A stretch of 64,000 bases of DNA from Coriobacteriia bacterium (lineage in GTDB: Bacteria; Actinomycetota; Coriobacteriia; Anaerosomatales; PALSA-660): contig JANYJF010000026.1 in the NCBI GenBank assembly GCA_025361885.1, positions 1,762 through 65,761 on the forward strand. The letters are read 5' to 3'. A program made the translations under genes and the position numbers. A model generated the notes under the pieces. The model made no database searches and was not told the origin of the DNA. It was given only the letters and a program-made list of their open reading frames with translations. Position 1 is the first letter of the stretch, and each line of letters starts with the position of its first letter. Below, in pieces: positions 8,690 through 18,659 of the stretch.

Positions 8690-9908
8690 TCCTCGAGGAC
8701 AGGGCGCGGAGCTGACGGACCACGCGGATCCGGCGAGTGCGCGGACGCGCCCCGGTCCGGCGGCGCGCCGGACGTCCCTCCAGCAACTCCTCATATACCC
8801 CGAGCAGCCGGTGCGTCTGATGGACGATGGACAGCTCCCGGGCGCGCTCGGTGGCGGCGATAGACAGCCGCCGGCTCAGTTCGGCGTCGCCCAGCACGCG
8901 GTCGGCCGCGTGCGCGAGCGCCTGCGGGTCCTCGGGGACCAAGAAGCCGTTCTCGTCGTCGGTGACCGCGTCAGCGATCGCCAGATCGTCCACAGCCACC
9001 ACGGGAAGGCCGGAGGCGAGTGCCTCGCCGACGACGAGCCCCTGAGTCTCGGAGAGCGAGGCGAAGAAGAACAGGTCCGACGCCTGATATGCGTGCGTGA
9101 CGTCCTCGCGGTTCAGGTAGCCCGTGAAGATGATCTTGTCGGCCACCTTGTCCTTCTTCGCGTGGCGTTCGAGGTCCGCGCGGTACGGCCCGTCTCCAAC
9201 GATCATCAGCTTGGTGCCGGGGGTCCGAACGAAGTTCATGGCGTCCACGAGAGCGTCCACGTTCTTCTCCAGGCCGAGCCTACCGACGAAGGTCAGGAGC
9301 CGCTCATCCGGCTTGATCCCGAACCGCTCCCGGAACTCGGCCACGCCTGCCTCGTCGCGCTCGCAGTACTCCGCGGTGTTCACCCCGGTCGGCAGGGTGA
9401 CGATCGGCTTCCGCGTTCCCCAACTCAGAAGCGCTTCGCGGATCTTGGTGGAAGGCGCGATGACCGTGTCGCATTGGTTGCAGAAGTCGCGGCTCATACG
9501 CTCCGCGAGCTCGCGCGTCAGCCATGTGTCCCAGATGTAGTGTACGTACTCGGGGTAGAGCGTGTGATAGGTGTGTACGTACGGCAGCCTGAAGCGCTTG
9601 GCCATTGCGAGGCCGAACAGCCCGATGGCGAACGGGTCGTGGCTGTGGATGATGTCGAGGTTCGCGCGCTTGACGAGGGAGTGTGCCCGCGCGTTGTAGG
9701 CGGCTGCGAGGCGCATCTCCGGCTGAAAGACCAGCGGTACAGAGGGCACTCGGATGACGTGCGGACCGTCCTTGGGCTGCCGCGGCGTGGGCGCGAAGAT
9801 GTAGACCGCGTGCCCCTGACGCTCGAGTTCGCTGGCGAAGAGGCTGATGGAGGTTACGACGCCGTTGATCTGCGGCGTGTACGTGTCCGTGAAGAAGCCG
9901 ATCCTCAA
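8646..9908 (-). CDS. GT4-family glycosyltransferase (420 aa), possibly a glycolipid synthase type
   Basis: LRIGFFTDTYTPQINGVVTS N-terminus. C-terminal GT1 core FASLSETQGLVVGEALASGLPVV (the E-x7-E region). Start assigned to TTG at 9908, preceded by GGAG. Has an Arg-rich C-terminal tail. Confidence 0.85.
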   Translation of the reverse strand: MRIGFFTDTYTPQINGVVTSISLFASELERQGHAVYIFAPTPRQPKDGPHVIRVPSVPLVFQPEMRLAAAYNARAHSLVKRANLDIIHSHDPFAIGLFGLAMAKRFRLPYVHTYHTLYPEYVHYIWDTWLTRELAERMSRDFCNQCDTVIAPSTKIREALLSWGTRKPIVTLPTGVNTAEYCERDEAGVAEFRERFGIKPDERLLTFVGRLGLEKNVDALVDAMNFVRTPGTKLMIVGDGPYRADLERHAKKDKVADKIIFTGYLNREDVTHAYQASDLFFFASLSETQGLVVGEALASGLPVVAVDDLAIADAVTDDENGFLVPEDPQALAHAADRVLGDAELSRRLSIAATERARELSIVHQTHRLLGVYEELLEGRPARRRTGARPRTRRIRVVRQLRALSSRSDQLVRQMRARFRD

Positions 9909-10065
9909 GGGGATTCGCTCCGTTCCAGGTGGCGGAGAGGTGCCGCACTCGGGCGCGTGTGCTGCGCACCATCGTAGCGCATCGGTGATGGTACGGGCGC
10001 TGCGGTACGATGGTGCCAAGAGACCTTCGGACACGTGCAGCACACAGGACGGACCCTCTATCCCG

Positions 10066-11010
10066 ATGCCGAGCCCCGCGATCCGCACGGATGGCCTGAC
10101 CCGCGACTTCGCTTCCATTCGCGCCGTCGACGGCCTCACTCTCGAGGTGGCCGAGGGCACCGTCTTCGGGTTCTTGGGACCCAACGGGTCCGGCAAGACC
10201 ACCACCATCCGCCTGCTGCTGGGTCTGCTCGCACCCACCTCGGGGGACATCGAGGTGCTCGGTCACGACATCCGCACGGGCGCTCCCGCCATCCGCGCCG
10301 CGTCGGGCGCCCTGATGGAGCACAGCGGCCTGTATGAGCGGCTGTCAGCGTGGGAGAACCTGGAATTCTTCGCCCGGGTCTGGCGGATCCCGAAGGGTGA
10401 GCGCGAGGCGCGCATCAAGGAGCTGCTCGAGAGCATCGGGCTGTGGGACCGCCGTGGGGAACTCGTCGGTACCTGGAGCCGCGGGATGAAGCAGAAGCTC
10501 GCCGTGCTCCGGACGCTGCTGCACCGCCCACGCCTCGTGTTCCTGGACGAGCCGACTGCTGGCTTGGATCCCATTGCCGCAGCCGCCCTTCGCGAGGACC
10601 TGCTGCGCCTGGTGGCCGAAGAAGGCCTGACGGTGTTCCTCACCACGCACAACCTCGCGGAAGCGGAGCGCCTGTGCTCGCAAGTCGGCGTCGTGAGACG
10701 CGGGCGGCTGATCGCGCACGGCCATCCGGATGAGATCCGCGTGGCCGCCGCTGGCAACCGCTTGGAGATCGCGGGCCGGGGCTTCACTCCCAGCCTTCTG
10801 GACGGTCTCCGCTCCCGACAGGATGTCGCTGGTGCAGTCGTCGTCAACGGCCGGCTGTGCGTGGAGCTCGCGACCGGAGGGACGACTCCGCCGGTGGTCG
10901 CGTTCGTGGTAGGCGCCGGCGCCGACATCGAGGAGGTCCGCCGGGCGGCGGACAGCCTCGAGGATGCGTTCCTCAACATCGTGGGGGAGGCGGAGCGCGA
11001 TGCTGGCTGA
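10066..11010 (+). CDS. ABC transporter ATP-binding protein, ABC-2/DrrA type (314 aa)
   Basis: Walker A GPNGSGKTT, signature WSRGMKQKL, Walker B VFLDEPTAGLD. Confidence 0.9.
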   Translation: MPSPAIRTDGLTRDFASIRAVDGLTLEVAEGTVFGFLGPNGSGKTTTIRLLLGLLAPTSGDIEVLGHDIRTGAPAIRAASGALMEHSGLYERLSAWENLEFFARVWRIPKGEREARIKELLESIGLWDRRGELVGTWSRGMKQKLAVLRTLLHRPRLVFLDEPTAGLDPIAAAALREDLLRLVAEEGLTVFLTTHNLAEAERLCSQVGVVRRGRLIAHGHPDEIRVAAAGNRLEIAGRGFTPSLLDGLRSRQDVAGAVVVNGRLCVELATGGTTPPVVAFVVGAGADIEEVRRAADSLEDAFLNIVGEAERDAG

Positions 11011-11761
11011 CGCGTGGATCGTGATGCTCAAGGAGTGGCGCGAGGTGCTGTTCCGTGGCATGGGGATGCGCGGCTCCATCGGCTTCTTCGGGCTGGTCGT
11101 GCTCGTGTTCGGGGTGGCGATCCCAGCGCGTAGCGGGTCGCTGTGGGTCACCGTCCCGTGGTCCGCGCTCACGGCGGCCTGGTTGCCGCTGATGCTGGTA
11201 ATGGCCGTCGTGGCGGACTCCTTCGCGGGCGAGAGGGAGCGGCACACACTCGAGACGCTCCTTGCATCACGGTTGTCCGACGGGGCAATCCTACTCGGCA
11301 AGGTGGCGGCGGCGGTCGTCTTCGCATGGGGGATGCTGCTGCTGGTGGCGGCCATGAGCCTGGTCACGGTCAACGTCGTCGTTCCGCGGGCGCAGCCCTG
11401 GCTCCACCCGCTGCTGTGGCGGTGGGAGGAGGCGTTCGGCGTCATCGTGCTCGGTCTGCTGGTCACGGTGCTGTGCGCGACGATCGGCGTCATGGTCTCG
11501 CTGAAGTCGGAGACCGTGCGCCAGGCGAACCTCCGCCTGAGCATGGGGCTCATCCTGTTCTTCCCGGCGATCATGCTGCTGTTCGTCGGCGTCTATTCCG
11601 TCATGCCGGCGGACGTGCAGATCGTGGTGCTGGACTCCGTGCAGACCTGGCGGCCCGGACCCGTCCTGTTCGTCATCACGCTCGTGCTGACCGCGATCGA
11701 CGGTCTGCTCATATGGCTGTCTTCACGGCTGTTCGTACGCAACCGGCTGATCCTGGACTGA
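11000..11761 (+). CDS. ABC-2 type transporter permease (253 aa)
   Basis: Six predicted TM segments. Overlaps the ATPase stop by 11 nt (translational coupling). Confidence 0.75.
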   Translation: MLADAWIVMLKEWREVLFRGMGMRGSIGFFGLVVLVFGVAIPARSGSLWVTVPWSALTAAWLPLMLVMAVVADSFAGERERHTLETLLASRLSDGAILLGKVAAAVVFAWGMLLLVAAMSLVTVNVVVPRAQPWLHPLLWRWEEAFGVIVLGLLVTVLCATIGVMVSLKSETVRQANLRLSMGLILFFPAIMLLFVGVYSVMPADVQIVVLDSVQTWRPGPVLFVITLVLTAIDGLLIWLSSRLFVRNRLILD

Positions 11762-11769
11762 GGCCGCAT

Positions 11770-12951
11770 ATGATCGAAAGGAAGCAGATGGCAGGGTCAC
11801 TGACGGTGGAGGGATTCGGCCTGGGAGATCCCAGGATCCGTGAGTTCGCGCTCTTCCCGTGGACGCTGTACCACGGCGATCCCGACTGGACGCCGCCGCT
11901 GGACGCCGACCTCCTCGGCAGCCGGCTGCTTGGTGTGAAGGGCCTGCTGACCGAGGAGAACGAGTACCACCGCGACGCGGAGGTCCGGCATTTCATCGCG
12001 CGACGTGACGGGCGTGCGGTCGGCACGGTCTCGGCGGCAGTGAACCGCAGGTTCAACGAGCACTACCACGCCGCAATCGGCTTCTTCGGGTTCTTCGACG
12101 TCGAGGACGACGCGGAGGCCGCGGGGGCACTGCTCGACGCGGCGCGCGAGTGGCTGGTCGCGCGCGGGATGACCGTCATGCGCGGTCCGGGCCAGTACTC
12201 GAACGCCACACACGAGCGCCAGGGCGTCCTGATCGAGGGATTCGAGTACCCGCCCACCGTGGAGCTCACCCACAACTTCCCGTACTACTCGACGCTGCTC
12301 GAGGGCTGGGGCATGGCGAAGGCGAAGGACTACGTCGCGTACATGATCGACGCACAGTCGCCCCCTCCGGTCCGCCTGGCCCGCATAGCCAACGGAGTGC
12401 GCCGCCGTGGGCGCGTGACCTCCAGGCCAGCGGACATGAAGCACATCGAGGACGAGGTGCGTCTCATCGTCGAGATCTACAACCGCGCGTGGGCCGACAA
12501 CTGGGGCTTCCTTCCGATCACGGACGCCGACGCTGACGTGCTCGTGGAGTCGCTGAAGCCCATCGTCGACCCGGGCCTTATCAGATTCGGCTACGTGGAC
12601 GGCGAGGTCGCGGCGGTGCTCGGCGCGCTGCCCGACCCTTACTGGGCGCTGCGGCCTCGCTGGAAGTGGTACGGCGACTCCGACCTCGTGCGCCTGGCCC
12701 GCCTGTTCGCGGTGAGGCGGCGCATACCGCGGGTGCGGCTCATGTTCTTCGGTGTGGTGCCGGAACATCGGCAGGTGGGCGTGGACGCGCTCCTGTTCGA
12801 CGAGGTGCTGCGCTACGGTCAGGCGCGGGGCTACACCGAGTGCGAGCCGTCGATGCTGCTGGAGGACAACAAGCTCATCCTGCGCCCGAGCGCGTTCATG
12901 GGCGGTCGCGAGTACAAGCGCTGGCGCATCTACGAGATGCCGATCGGCTGA
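11770..12951 (+). CDS. Large GNAT-like acyltransferase-fold protein (393 aa)
   Basis: Conserved blocks FFGFFDVEDD...RGMTVMRGP and a C-terminal ...FFGVVPEHRQVGVDALLF..., which resembles GNAT motif A. Family assignment is from memory only. Confidence 0.5.
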   Translation: MIERKQMAGSLTVEGFGLGDPRIREFALFPWTLYHGDPDWTPPLDADLLGSRLLGVKGLLTEENEYHRDAEVRHFIARRDGRAVGTVSAAVNRRFNEHYHAAIGFFGFFDVEDDAEAAGALLDAAREWLVARGMTVMRGPGQYSNATHERQGVLIEGFEYPPTVELTHNFPYYSTLLEGWGMAKAKDYVAYMIDAQSPPPVRLARIANGVRRRGRVTSRPADMKHIEDEVRLIVEIYNRAWADNWGFLPITDADADVLVESLKPIVDPGLIRFGYVDGEVAAVLGALPDPYWALRPRWKWYGDSDLVRLARLFAVRRRIPRVRLMFFGVVPEHRQVGVDALLFDEVLRYGQARGYTECEPSMLLEDNKLILRPSAFMGGREYKRWRIYEMPIG

Positions 12952-13068
12952 ACGCGCGGCCGCTCCACGGGTCGGATCTCGGGCATCCTGATCGGCCTTT
13001 CGCGCGGGGAAGGCGCACCGGTCAGATGATATGCTGTCTGCGTTCGCGCGGCATCCAGCCGCGGTGAG

Positions 13069-13773
13069 ATGGAGCGGAGAGGCACGATGGCCGAAGGTCC
13101 CGACAGCATCGAATCGCATGCGGCCGGGGAGTTCGAGAGCGCCGAGTCGCACGCGGCCGACGCCGCGGCGCCCCGGGATCCCGCTCCCGAGGTCCCCGCG
13201 GAACTGATCCCGGACATCCCCGAGGACGAGGTCGTGGCTCCCCGCCCGAGTCCGCTCATCGCGATGATCGTGGCCGGGCTGGCTCTCGTCCTGGTGGTCG
13301 GTGCCGCCTACTTCGGTTTCAGGCTGCTGTCCAGCGGCGCGTCTGGCTCCCGTGCCCGCATCGAGACGACCATCGCCTTCACCGAGGCGATGCTGTCGCA
13401 GAACACCGCGGGCCTCAAGAAGCTGGTCCCCTCCGAAAGCCTCAAGAAGGTGTCGGACGCGCAGTGGAGCGCGCTCGAGCAGTCGGCGTCCAAGCCGTCC
13501 ATCACCTTCGAGAAGGTCGCGTGGTCGGGCCAGACGGCGAAGGTCAAACTGACCGCCGAGGGCCAAGAAGGCCAGATCACCGCCACGGCCGACCAGCGCG
13601 CGACAGACACTGTGACGCTGGTCTTCAGCGGCAAGGCCTTCGGCGCCACGGTCCCCGGTTCATGCGTGCTCGTGCGCGAAGGCGCGGAGTGGAAGGTCGC
13701 GGCGTTCACGATCGCCGGCACGACGCTGAAGTTCGACCCCGCGAACATCTCGAAGACGATGGGCGCAAAGTAG
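13069..13773 (+). CDS. Hypothetical single-pass membrane protein with an acidic N-terminus and an extracytoplasmic domain (234 aa)
   Basis: TM segment LIAMIVAGLALVLVVGAAYFGF. First gene of an operon with the MacB-type permease and ATPase (2-nt gap). Confidence 0.6.
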   Translation: MERRGTMAEGPDSIESHAAGEFESAESHAADAAAPRDPAPEVPAELIPDIPEDEVVAPRPSPLIAMIVAGLALVLVVGAAYFGFRLLSSGASGSRARIETTIAFTEAMLSQNTAGLKKLVPSESLKKVSDAQWSALEQSASKPSITFEKVAWSGQTAKVKLTAEGQEGQITATADQRATDTVTLVFSGKAFGATVPGSCVLVREGAEWKVAAFTIAGTTLKFDPANISKTMGAK

Positions 13774-13775
13774 CG

Positions 13776-14939
13776 ATGCGTTTCGTCCGCAACGTCTTCC
13801 GCCGGAAACTGAGAGCGTTCCTCACCATATTCGGCATCACGATCGGCGTGCTGTCGCTCGTGGTCATGGGCGCGATGACTGAGAAGCTGACGCTGCTCGT
13901 CAACGGTGGCGTCCGCTACTACGGCGACAAGGTGACGGTCACCTCGGGCTCCACACTCCTCGGGCTCGCGACGAACCCGCTGTCATCGAACCGCATCTCG
14001 GACCTCGAGCGCGTGCCCGGTGTGGCGCGGGCATCCGCCTCGCTGGGGATGCTGCTCGACAAGCAGATCCCGACCGTCTCCTTCGGCAACATCCCAACCA
14101 TCAACGCCAGCGACGGGCGCGACCGCGGCTACGAGACGTTCATCGTGAAGATGGCTCAGGGCCGCGAGCTGCGGCCCGGCGAGGACGGCAAGGTCACCGT
14201 CGGCTCGGACATCGTGAACAAGCTGAGCGCCACGGTCGGCGGGACCGTGAAGATCCGCGACAAGAAGTTCGAGGTCGTCGGGATCGCCGAGAAGACGCTG
14301 ACCGCGCCCGACCAGGCGGTCGTGATGAGCATGCGTGACGCTCAGGATCTCTACGCCGACACGCTTCCTGCGGCCATCAGGCAGTCCATCGACCCGCACA
14401 AGCTCGCCACGAGCATCGTCGTGTATGTGAAGCCCGGCAAGAACCCGGATGTCATCGCCCGGCTGATCAACCACGAGATACCGGACCTCAAGGCCTCCGG
14501 CCCCACGGACTTCATCACGCAGATCGTCGCGTCGCTGTCCACGCTGAACGCGATCATCATCGGCATCGCGATGATCTCGCTCATGGTCGGCGGGCTGTCG
14601 GTCATCAACACCATGACCATGGCGGTATCCGAGCGCACGCGCGAGATCGGCATCCGCAAGGCCATCGGCGCATCCAACGGCGCCATCATGCGACAGTTCA
14701 TCGCCGAGGCTGCGATCATCGGCCTGACCGGTGGGCTGACGGGCCTCGTGCTCGGCTGGATGTTCACGAGCGTGGTGAACGCCGCGATGGAGGTCTCCGG
14801 CGCGCCGCTGTTCCTGGTCACAGCCCGGCTCGCCGTCGGCTCCGTCCTGTTCGCGACGGTGCTCGGAGTCCTGAGCGGGCTGTACCCGGCATGGCACGCG
14901 GCGAACATGAACCCGGTGGAGGCGCTGCGCCATGAGTGA
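13776..14939 (+). CDS. ABC transporter permease, MacB/FtsX type (387 aa)
   Basis: N-terminal TM, a large extracytoplasmic domain and a C-terminal FtsX 3-TM bundle (ERTREIGIRKAIGA motif). Confidence 0.85.
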   Translation: MRFVRNVFRRKLRAFLTIFGITIGVLSLVVMGAMTEKLTLLVNGGVRYYGDKVTVTSGSTLLGLATNPLSSNRISDLERVPGVARASASLGMLLDKQIPTVSFGNIPTINASDGRDRGYETFIVKMAQGRELRPGEDGKVTVGSDIVNKLSATVGGTVKIRDKKFEVVGIAEKTLTAPDQAVVMSMRDAQDLYADTLPAAIRQSIDPHKLATSIVVYVKPGKNPDVIARLINHEIPDLKASGPTDFITQIVASLSTLNAIIIGIAMISLMVGGLSVINTMTMAVSERTREIGIRKAIGASNGAIMRQFIAEAAIIGLTGGLTGLVLGWMFTSVVNAAMEVSGAPLFLVTARLAVGSVLFATVLGVLSGLYPAWHAANMNPVEALRHE

Positions 14940-15678
14940 CGTCGTCGGGACGCTGTATGGTGACGCGCCGGATGTGGCCGCCGGCCCGACCCCGGTCATC
15001 CGCGCGGTCGACCTCGCCAAGCGCTACAAGCTCGGCAAGGAGAACTTCGTGGACGCCCTGCGCAGCGCCGCGTTCGAGGTCGCGGAGGGTGAGATGGTCG
15101 CCATCGTGGGGCCGTCGGGATCGGGGAAGTCGACCGCGATGCACCTTGTGGGCTGTCTCGACTCGCCGGATTCGGGCGAGGTGTGGCTCAACGGCCGCCG
15201 CGTCGACGGGCTGCGGGGCCGAGCGCTCACACGGGTCCGCGCTCACGAGATCGGCTTCATCTTCCAGGGCTTCAATCTGATCCCCACGATGAACGCCACG
15301 GAGAACGTGGCGCAGGCGGCCGAGTACGCCGGCCTGTCGCGCAGCGCCGCCGCAATGCGGGCGGGCGAGCTCCTCGATCTAGTCGGGCTCGCGGACCGGG
15401 CGAAGCACCTCCCGAGCGAGCTGTCCGGCGGCCAGCAGCAGCGGGTCGCCATCGCCCGTTCGCTCGTCAATTCGCCCAAGATCGTACTGGGCGACGAGCC
15501 TACCGGCGACCTGGACACGGTCACCTCTGATGAGATCGTGCGCATGATGCGGAAGATCAACACCGACATGCACACGACGTTCGTGCTCGTGACGCACAAC
15601 CCAGAGGTCGCGGCCGCGTGCGACCGCACCATCTCCATGCGCGACGGCGTCGTGGTCGACCAGGGATACGGCGCGTAG
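14932..15678 (+). CDS. ABC transporter ATP-binding protein, MacB/LolD type (248 aa)
   Basis: Walker A GPSGSGKST, signature LSGGQQQRVAIAR, Walker B VLGDEPTGDLD. Overlaps the permease by 8 nt. Confidence 0.9.
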   Translation: MSDVVGTLYGDAPDVAAGPTPVIRAVDLAKRYKLGKENFVDALRSAAFEVAEGEMVAIVGPSGSGKSTAMHLVGCLDSPDSGEVWLNGRRVDGLRGRALTRVRAHEIGFIFQGFNLIPTMNATENVAQAAEYAGLSRSAAAMRAGELLDLVGLADRAKHLPSELSGGQQQRVAIARSLVNSPKIVLGDEPTGDLDTVTSDEIVRMMRKINTDMHTTFVLVTHNPEVAAACDRTISMRDGVVVDQGYGA

Positions 15679-15742
15679 GCGCGCTGGCGCCCGCGACTCG
15701 TGCCGCGGGGCTGGTGTCGCAGCGGCCGGGTACACTCCACGC

Positions 15743-16702
15743 ATGGGCCACATACACATCGGCACGTGCGGCTGGACCGAGAAGACCATGGCGGCACTGT
15801 GGTATCCGCCGGGCGTCAGCACGCCCGAACAGCGCCTCCGCTACTACGCGGCCAGGTTCGACACCGTCGAGGTCGACTCGCCGTTCTACGCGCTTCCGCA
15901 GCGCTCGTACGCCCAGGCGTGGGCGAAGCGGACGCCGGATGACTTCGTCTTCCACATCAAGGCGTACGGCATGATGACGGGCCACGAGGTCGACGAGCGC
16001 GCCATGCCCCCGGAGCTGCGCGACTTCCCGCACGCCGTGACGACGCGCGGGCGCGTGCTCGACCCTTCGCACGACATGGTCGACGCGTCGTTCGACATCT
16101 TCATGGACGCCATCGAGCCGCTGGCTGAGGTCGGCAAGCTCGGAGGAGTGCTCATGCAGTTCCCGCCGTTCTTCACCGCGCTCTCCCGCGAGCAGGAGCT
16201 GCGCAACCTCGATTACATCGAGTATGCGGCGGCCAAGTTGGCGCCTGCGCGCATGCTCGTCGAGTTCCGTCACCCGTCGTGGGTCGACGACGCGCACCGC
16301 GAGCCGACCCTGCGCTTCTTGGCGGACCGCGGGCTGACGTACGTGTCGGTCGACGCTCCTCAGTTCGACGACCGCTCCACGATGCCGCCGCTGGCCGCCG
16401 TGACCTCGGACTGGAGCTACGTCAGACTCCACGGCCGCAACCAGCAGACGTGGTTCAAGCGGACCGAGAGTTCGACCGAGCGTTTCGACTGGGACTACTC
16501 GGACGCGGAGCTCCGCGAGTGGGAGCCGCGGCTTCGCGAGATCGCCGCCGAGGCCGACGAGACGTTCGTCATGTTCAACAACAACGCTCACGACTACGCT
16601 CAGCGCAACGCCCGCCAGATGGCCGAGATCCTGGGAGACCTGGTCCCTCCTCGTGCAGAAGGACAAGGCGAGGAGAGCGGCGGGACGTCGAGGCTGTTCT
16701 GA
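15743..16702 (+). CDS. DUF72 (UPF0759) family protein (319 aa)
   Basis: The N-terminus IHIGTCGWTEK...YPPG...RLRYYAARFDTVEVDSPFYALP is typical of DUF72. Confidence 0.8.
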   Translation: MGHIHIGTCGWTEKTMAALWYPPGVSTPEQRLRYYAARFDTVEVDSPFYALPQRSYAQAWAKRTPDDFVFHIKAYGMMTGHEVDERAMPPELRDFPHAVTTRGRVLDPSHDMVDASFDIFMDAIEPLAEVGKLGGVLMQFPPFFTALSREQELRNLDYIEYAAAKLAPARMLVEFRHPSWVDDAHREPTLRFLADRGLTYVSVDAPQFDDRSTMPPLAAVTSDWSYVRLHGRNQQTWFKRTESSTERFDWDYSDAELREWEPRLREIAAEADETFVMFNNNAHDYAQRNARQMAEILGDLVPPRAEGQGEESGGTSRLF

Positions 16703-16776
16703 CTCGACGACTCGAAGCGCGCACTCTCTCGTTCAAGGCGCAGTCCGCGGCCCTCGTCCCGCGGCAAGACCGGCGC

Positions 16777-17514
16777 CTAGCGACCCGGAAGGCCTTCCCC
16801 GAGCATCGCCACCGGCTTGCCGTATGTGTTGCGGACGTCCTGGACCAGCCGCCCGTCGCGGATCTCGATGATGCGATCCGTGCGCTGGGCGATCGCCTGA
16901 TCGTGGGTCACGATGATGAACGTCGTGCCCCACTGCTGGTTGAACTGGCGGAACAGCTCGTAGACCGCCTCGGTGTTCTCGGTGTCGAGGTTGCCCGTCG
17001 GCTCGTCGGCCAGGACGATCCGCGGGCGGTTCATGAGCGCCCGGCCGATCGCCACCCGCTGCTTCTGGCCGCCGGACAGGTCGTTCGCGCCCTTCTTCGA
17101 CAGTCCCTCGAGGCCGAGCATCTCCACGAGCTCCTCGACGAAGGCGCCTTCGGACTTGTCGGCCGGCTTGCCCGCTATCCGGGCGGGCATGGTGAGGTTC
17201 TCCATGACGCTGAACTCGGGCAGCAGGTAGTGGAACTGGAAGACGAACCCGAGCAGGCCGTTGCGCAGGTGGGACCGGCCGTCCTTGTCCAGAGAGGCGG
17301 CGTCGTGGCCGTCGAGCCTCAGGCTGCCGTCTGTGGGCGTGTCGAGCAGGCCGACCAGGTTGAGAAGCGTGGACTTTCCCGACCCCGACCGGCCGATGAT
17401 GGACACGAACTCCGCGTCGTCTATCTCGAAGCTCACCCCGTCGAGCGCCCGAGTGGGGTTGGTGACCCCGTAGGTCTTGCCCAGCCCTTCGGCCGTCACG
17501 AGCGCGTCAGCCAT
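16777..17514 (-). CDS. ABC transporter ATP-binding protein, LolD/MacB type (245 aa)
   Basis: Walker [10 protein letters not shown], signature [13 protein letters not shown], Walker [12 protein letters not shown]. Confidence 0.9.
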   Translation of the reverse strand: MADALVTAEGLGKTYGVTNPTRALDGVSFEIDDAEFVSIIGRSGSGKSTLLNLVGLLDTPTDGSLRLDGHDAASLDKDGRSHLRNGLLGFVFQFHYLLPEFSVMENLTMPARIAGKPADKSEGAFVEELVEMLGLEGLSKKGANDLSGGQKQRVAIGRALMNRPRIVLADEPTGNLDTENTEAVYELFRQFNQQWGTTFIIVTHDQAIAQRTDRIIEIRDGRLVQDVRNTYGKPVAMLGEGLPGR

Positions 17515-18658
17515 TCTGGATCACCTCGATCGGATCGAGGCGGGTCGTCTTGCGCGTCGGGATCACCGAGGAGAGCAGCGCCACCGTCAGGCCGATCCCA
17601 GCTGAGATGGCGATGAACGACGGCTGGACGACGATAGGGAAGCCGCTGCCGCTCTTGGCGGTGCCGAGCGTGAACCCGGTCGTGAGCAGCAGACCCAGCG
17701 CGATCCCCCCGACGACTCCGACCACGCCCATGATCGTCGCCTGCCAAAGGAAGATCGAACCGGCCGCGGAGTCCGACAGGCCGAGCGCCTTGAGGATGCC
17801 GATCTGCCTGGTCTTCTGCACCGCCGAGATCGCGAGGGTCGATGCGATGCCGAGCGCAACCGCCACCAAGACGAACACCTGGATCATGTAGCTCGACGAC
17901 CCCTGGCTCGCGAGCGCGGAGAGAAGGTCCTTGTTCTCGACCTGCCAGTCGTTGACCTTGATGCCCTGCACCTTGAGGTGGCCTTGCCAGTCGGCCACGA
18001 CGGCCTTGGACTCGAACGGGTCCGTCATCTGCACCTGGATCGCGGAGTATTTGTCGGAGGAGATCCCGAGCGCCCGCTGCGCGAAGCCTGATCCGGTGAA
18101 CGCCGAGCGGGCGTTGGCCGCCGAACTGCCGAGATCGAAGACTCCGGACACCCGCAGGTTCACCGGCGCCTGCCTCGGCAGGTTGAGCGAGATCCTGTCC
18201 CCGGGAGAGACCGCGTACTTGTCCGCGAAGTCCTTGCCCACCATGACCTCGCCGTTGCCCAGGCTCGCCCGGCCGCGCTGTGTGCGCGCGGTGAGCTTGT
18301 AGATCGTGTCGAGGTTGGTGAGATCGCCGCCGGTGACGGAAAGCGGCACGTTCTGGGTGTTCTTGGTGAAGACCGCCGTGACCGTTCGGACCGGAACCAC
18401 CGTGCGCACGAGCGACGACGAGCGGACGGTCTTCTTGACAAGGTCGCTGTACGTGACCGGGTCGCCGTCCTTGATCGCCACTATCGTGACGTGGCTGGCG
18501 GATCCGATGGTCTGATTGAGCAGGTTGGCCTGAAGGCTCGTGATGAGTGAGCCGACGAAGATCTGCACAGCGATGCCCACGGCGATGCCGGCGATGATGA
18601 GCCCGGACTGCACCGGGCTCGTTCGCAGGAACCTGACTGCGATGCGCAGCGACAGCAC
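17507..18658 (-). CDS. ABC transporter permease, FtsX/LolC-E type (383 aa)
   Basis: 4-TM FtsX architecture with a central extracytoplasmic domain and the QKTRQIGILKALG motif. Overlaps the ATPase gene by 8 nt. Confidence 0.85.
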   Translation of the reverse strand: MLSLRIAVRFLRTSPVQSGLIIAGIAVGIAVQIFVGSLITSLQANLLNQTIGSASHVTIVAIKDGDPVTYSDLVKKTVRSSSLVRTVVPVRTVTAVFTKNTQNVPLSVTGGDLTNLDTIYKLTARTQRGRASLGNGEVMVGKDFADKYAVSPGDRISLNLPRQAPVNLRVSGVFDLGSSAANARSAFTGSGFAQRALGISSDKYSAIQVQMTDPFESKAVVADWQGHLKVQGIKVNDWQVENKDLLSALASQGSSSYMIQVFVLVAVALGIASTLAISAVQKTRQIGILKALGLSDSAAGSIFLWQATIMGVVGVVGGIALGLLLTTGFTLGTAKSGSGFPIVVQPSFIAISAGIGLTVALLSSVIPTRKTTRLDPIEVIQNG

Positions 18659-18659
18659 G

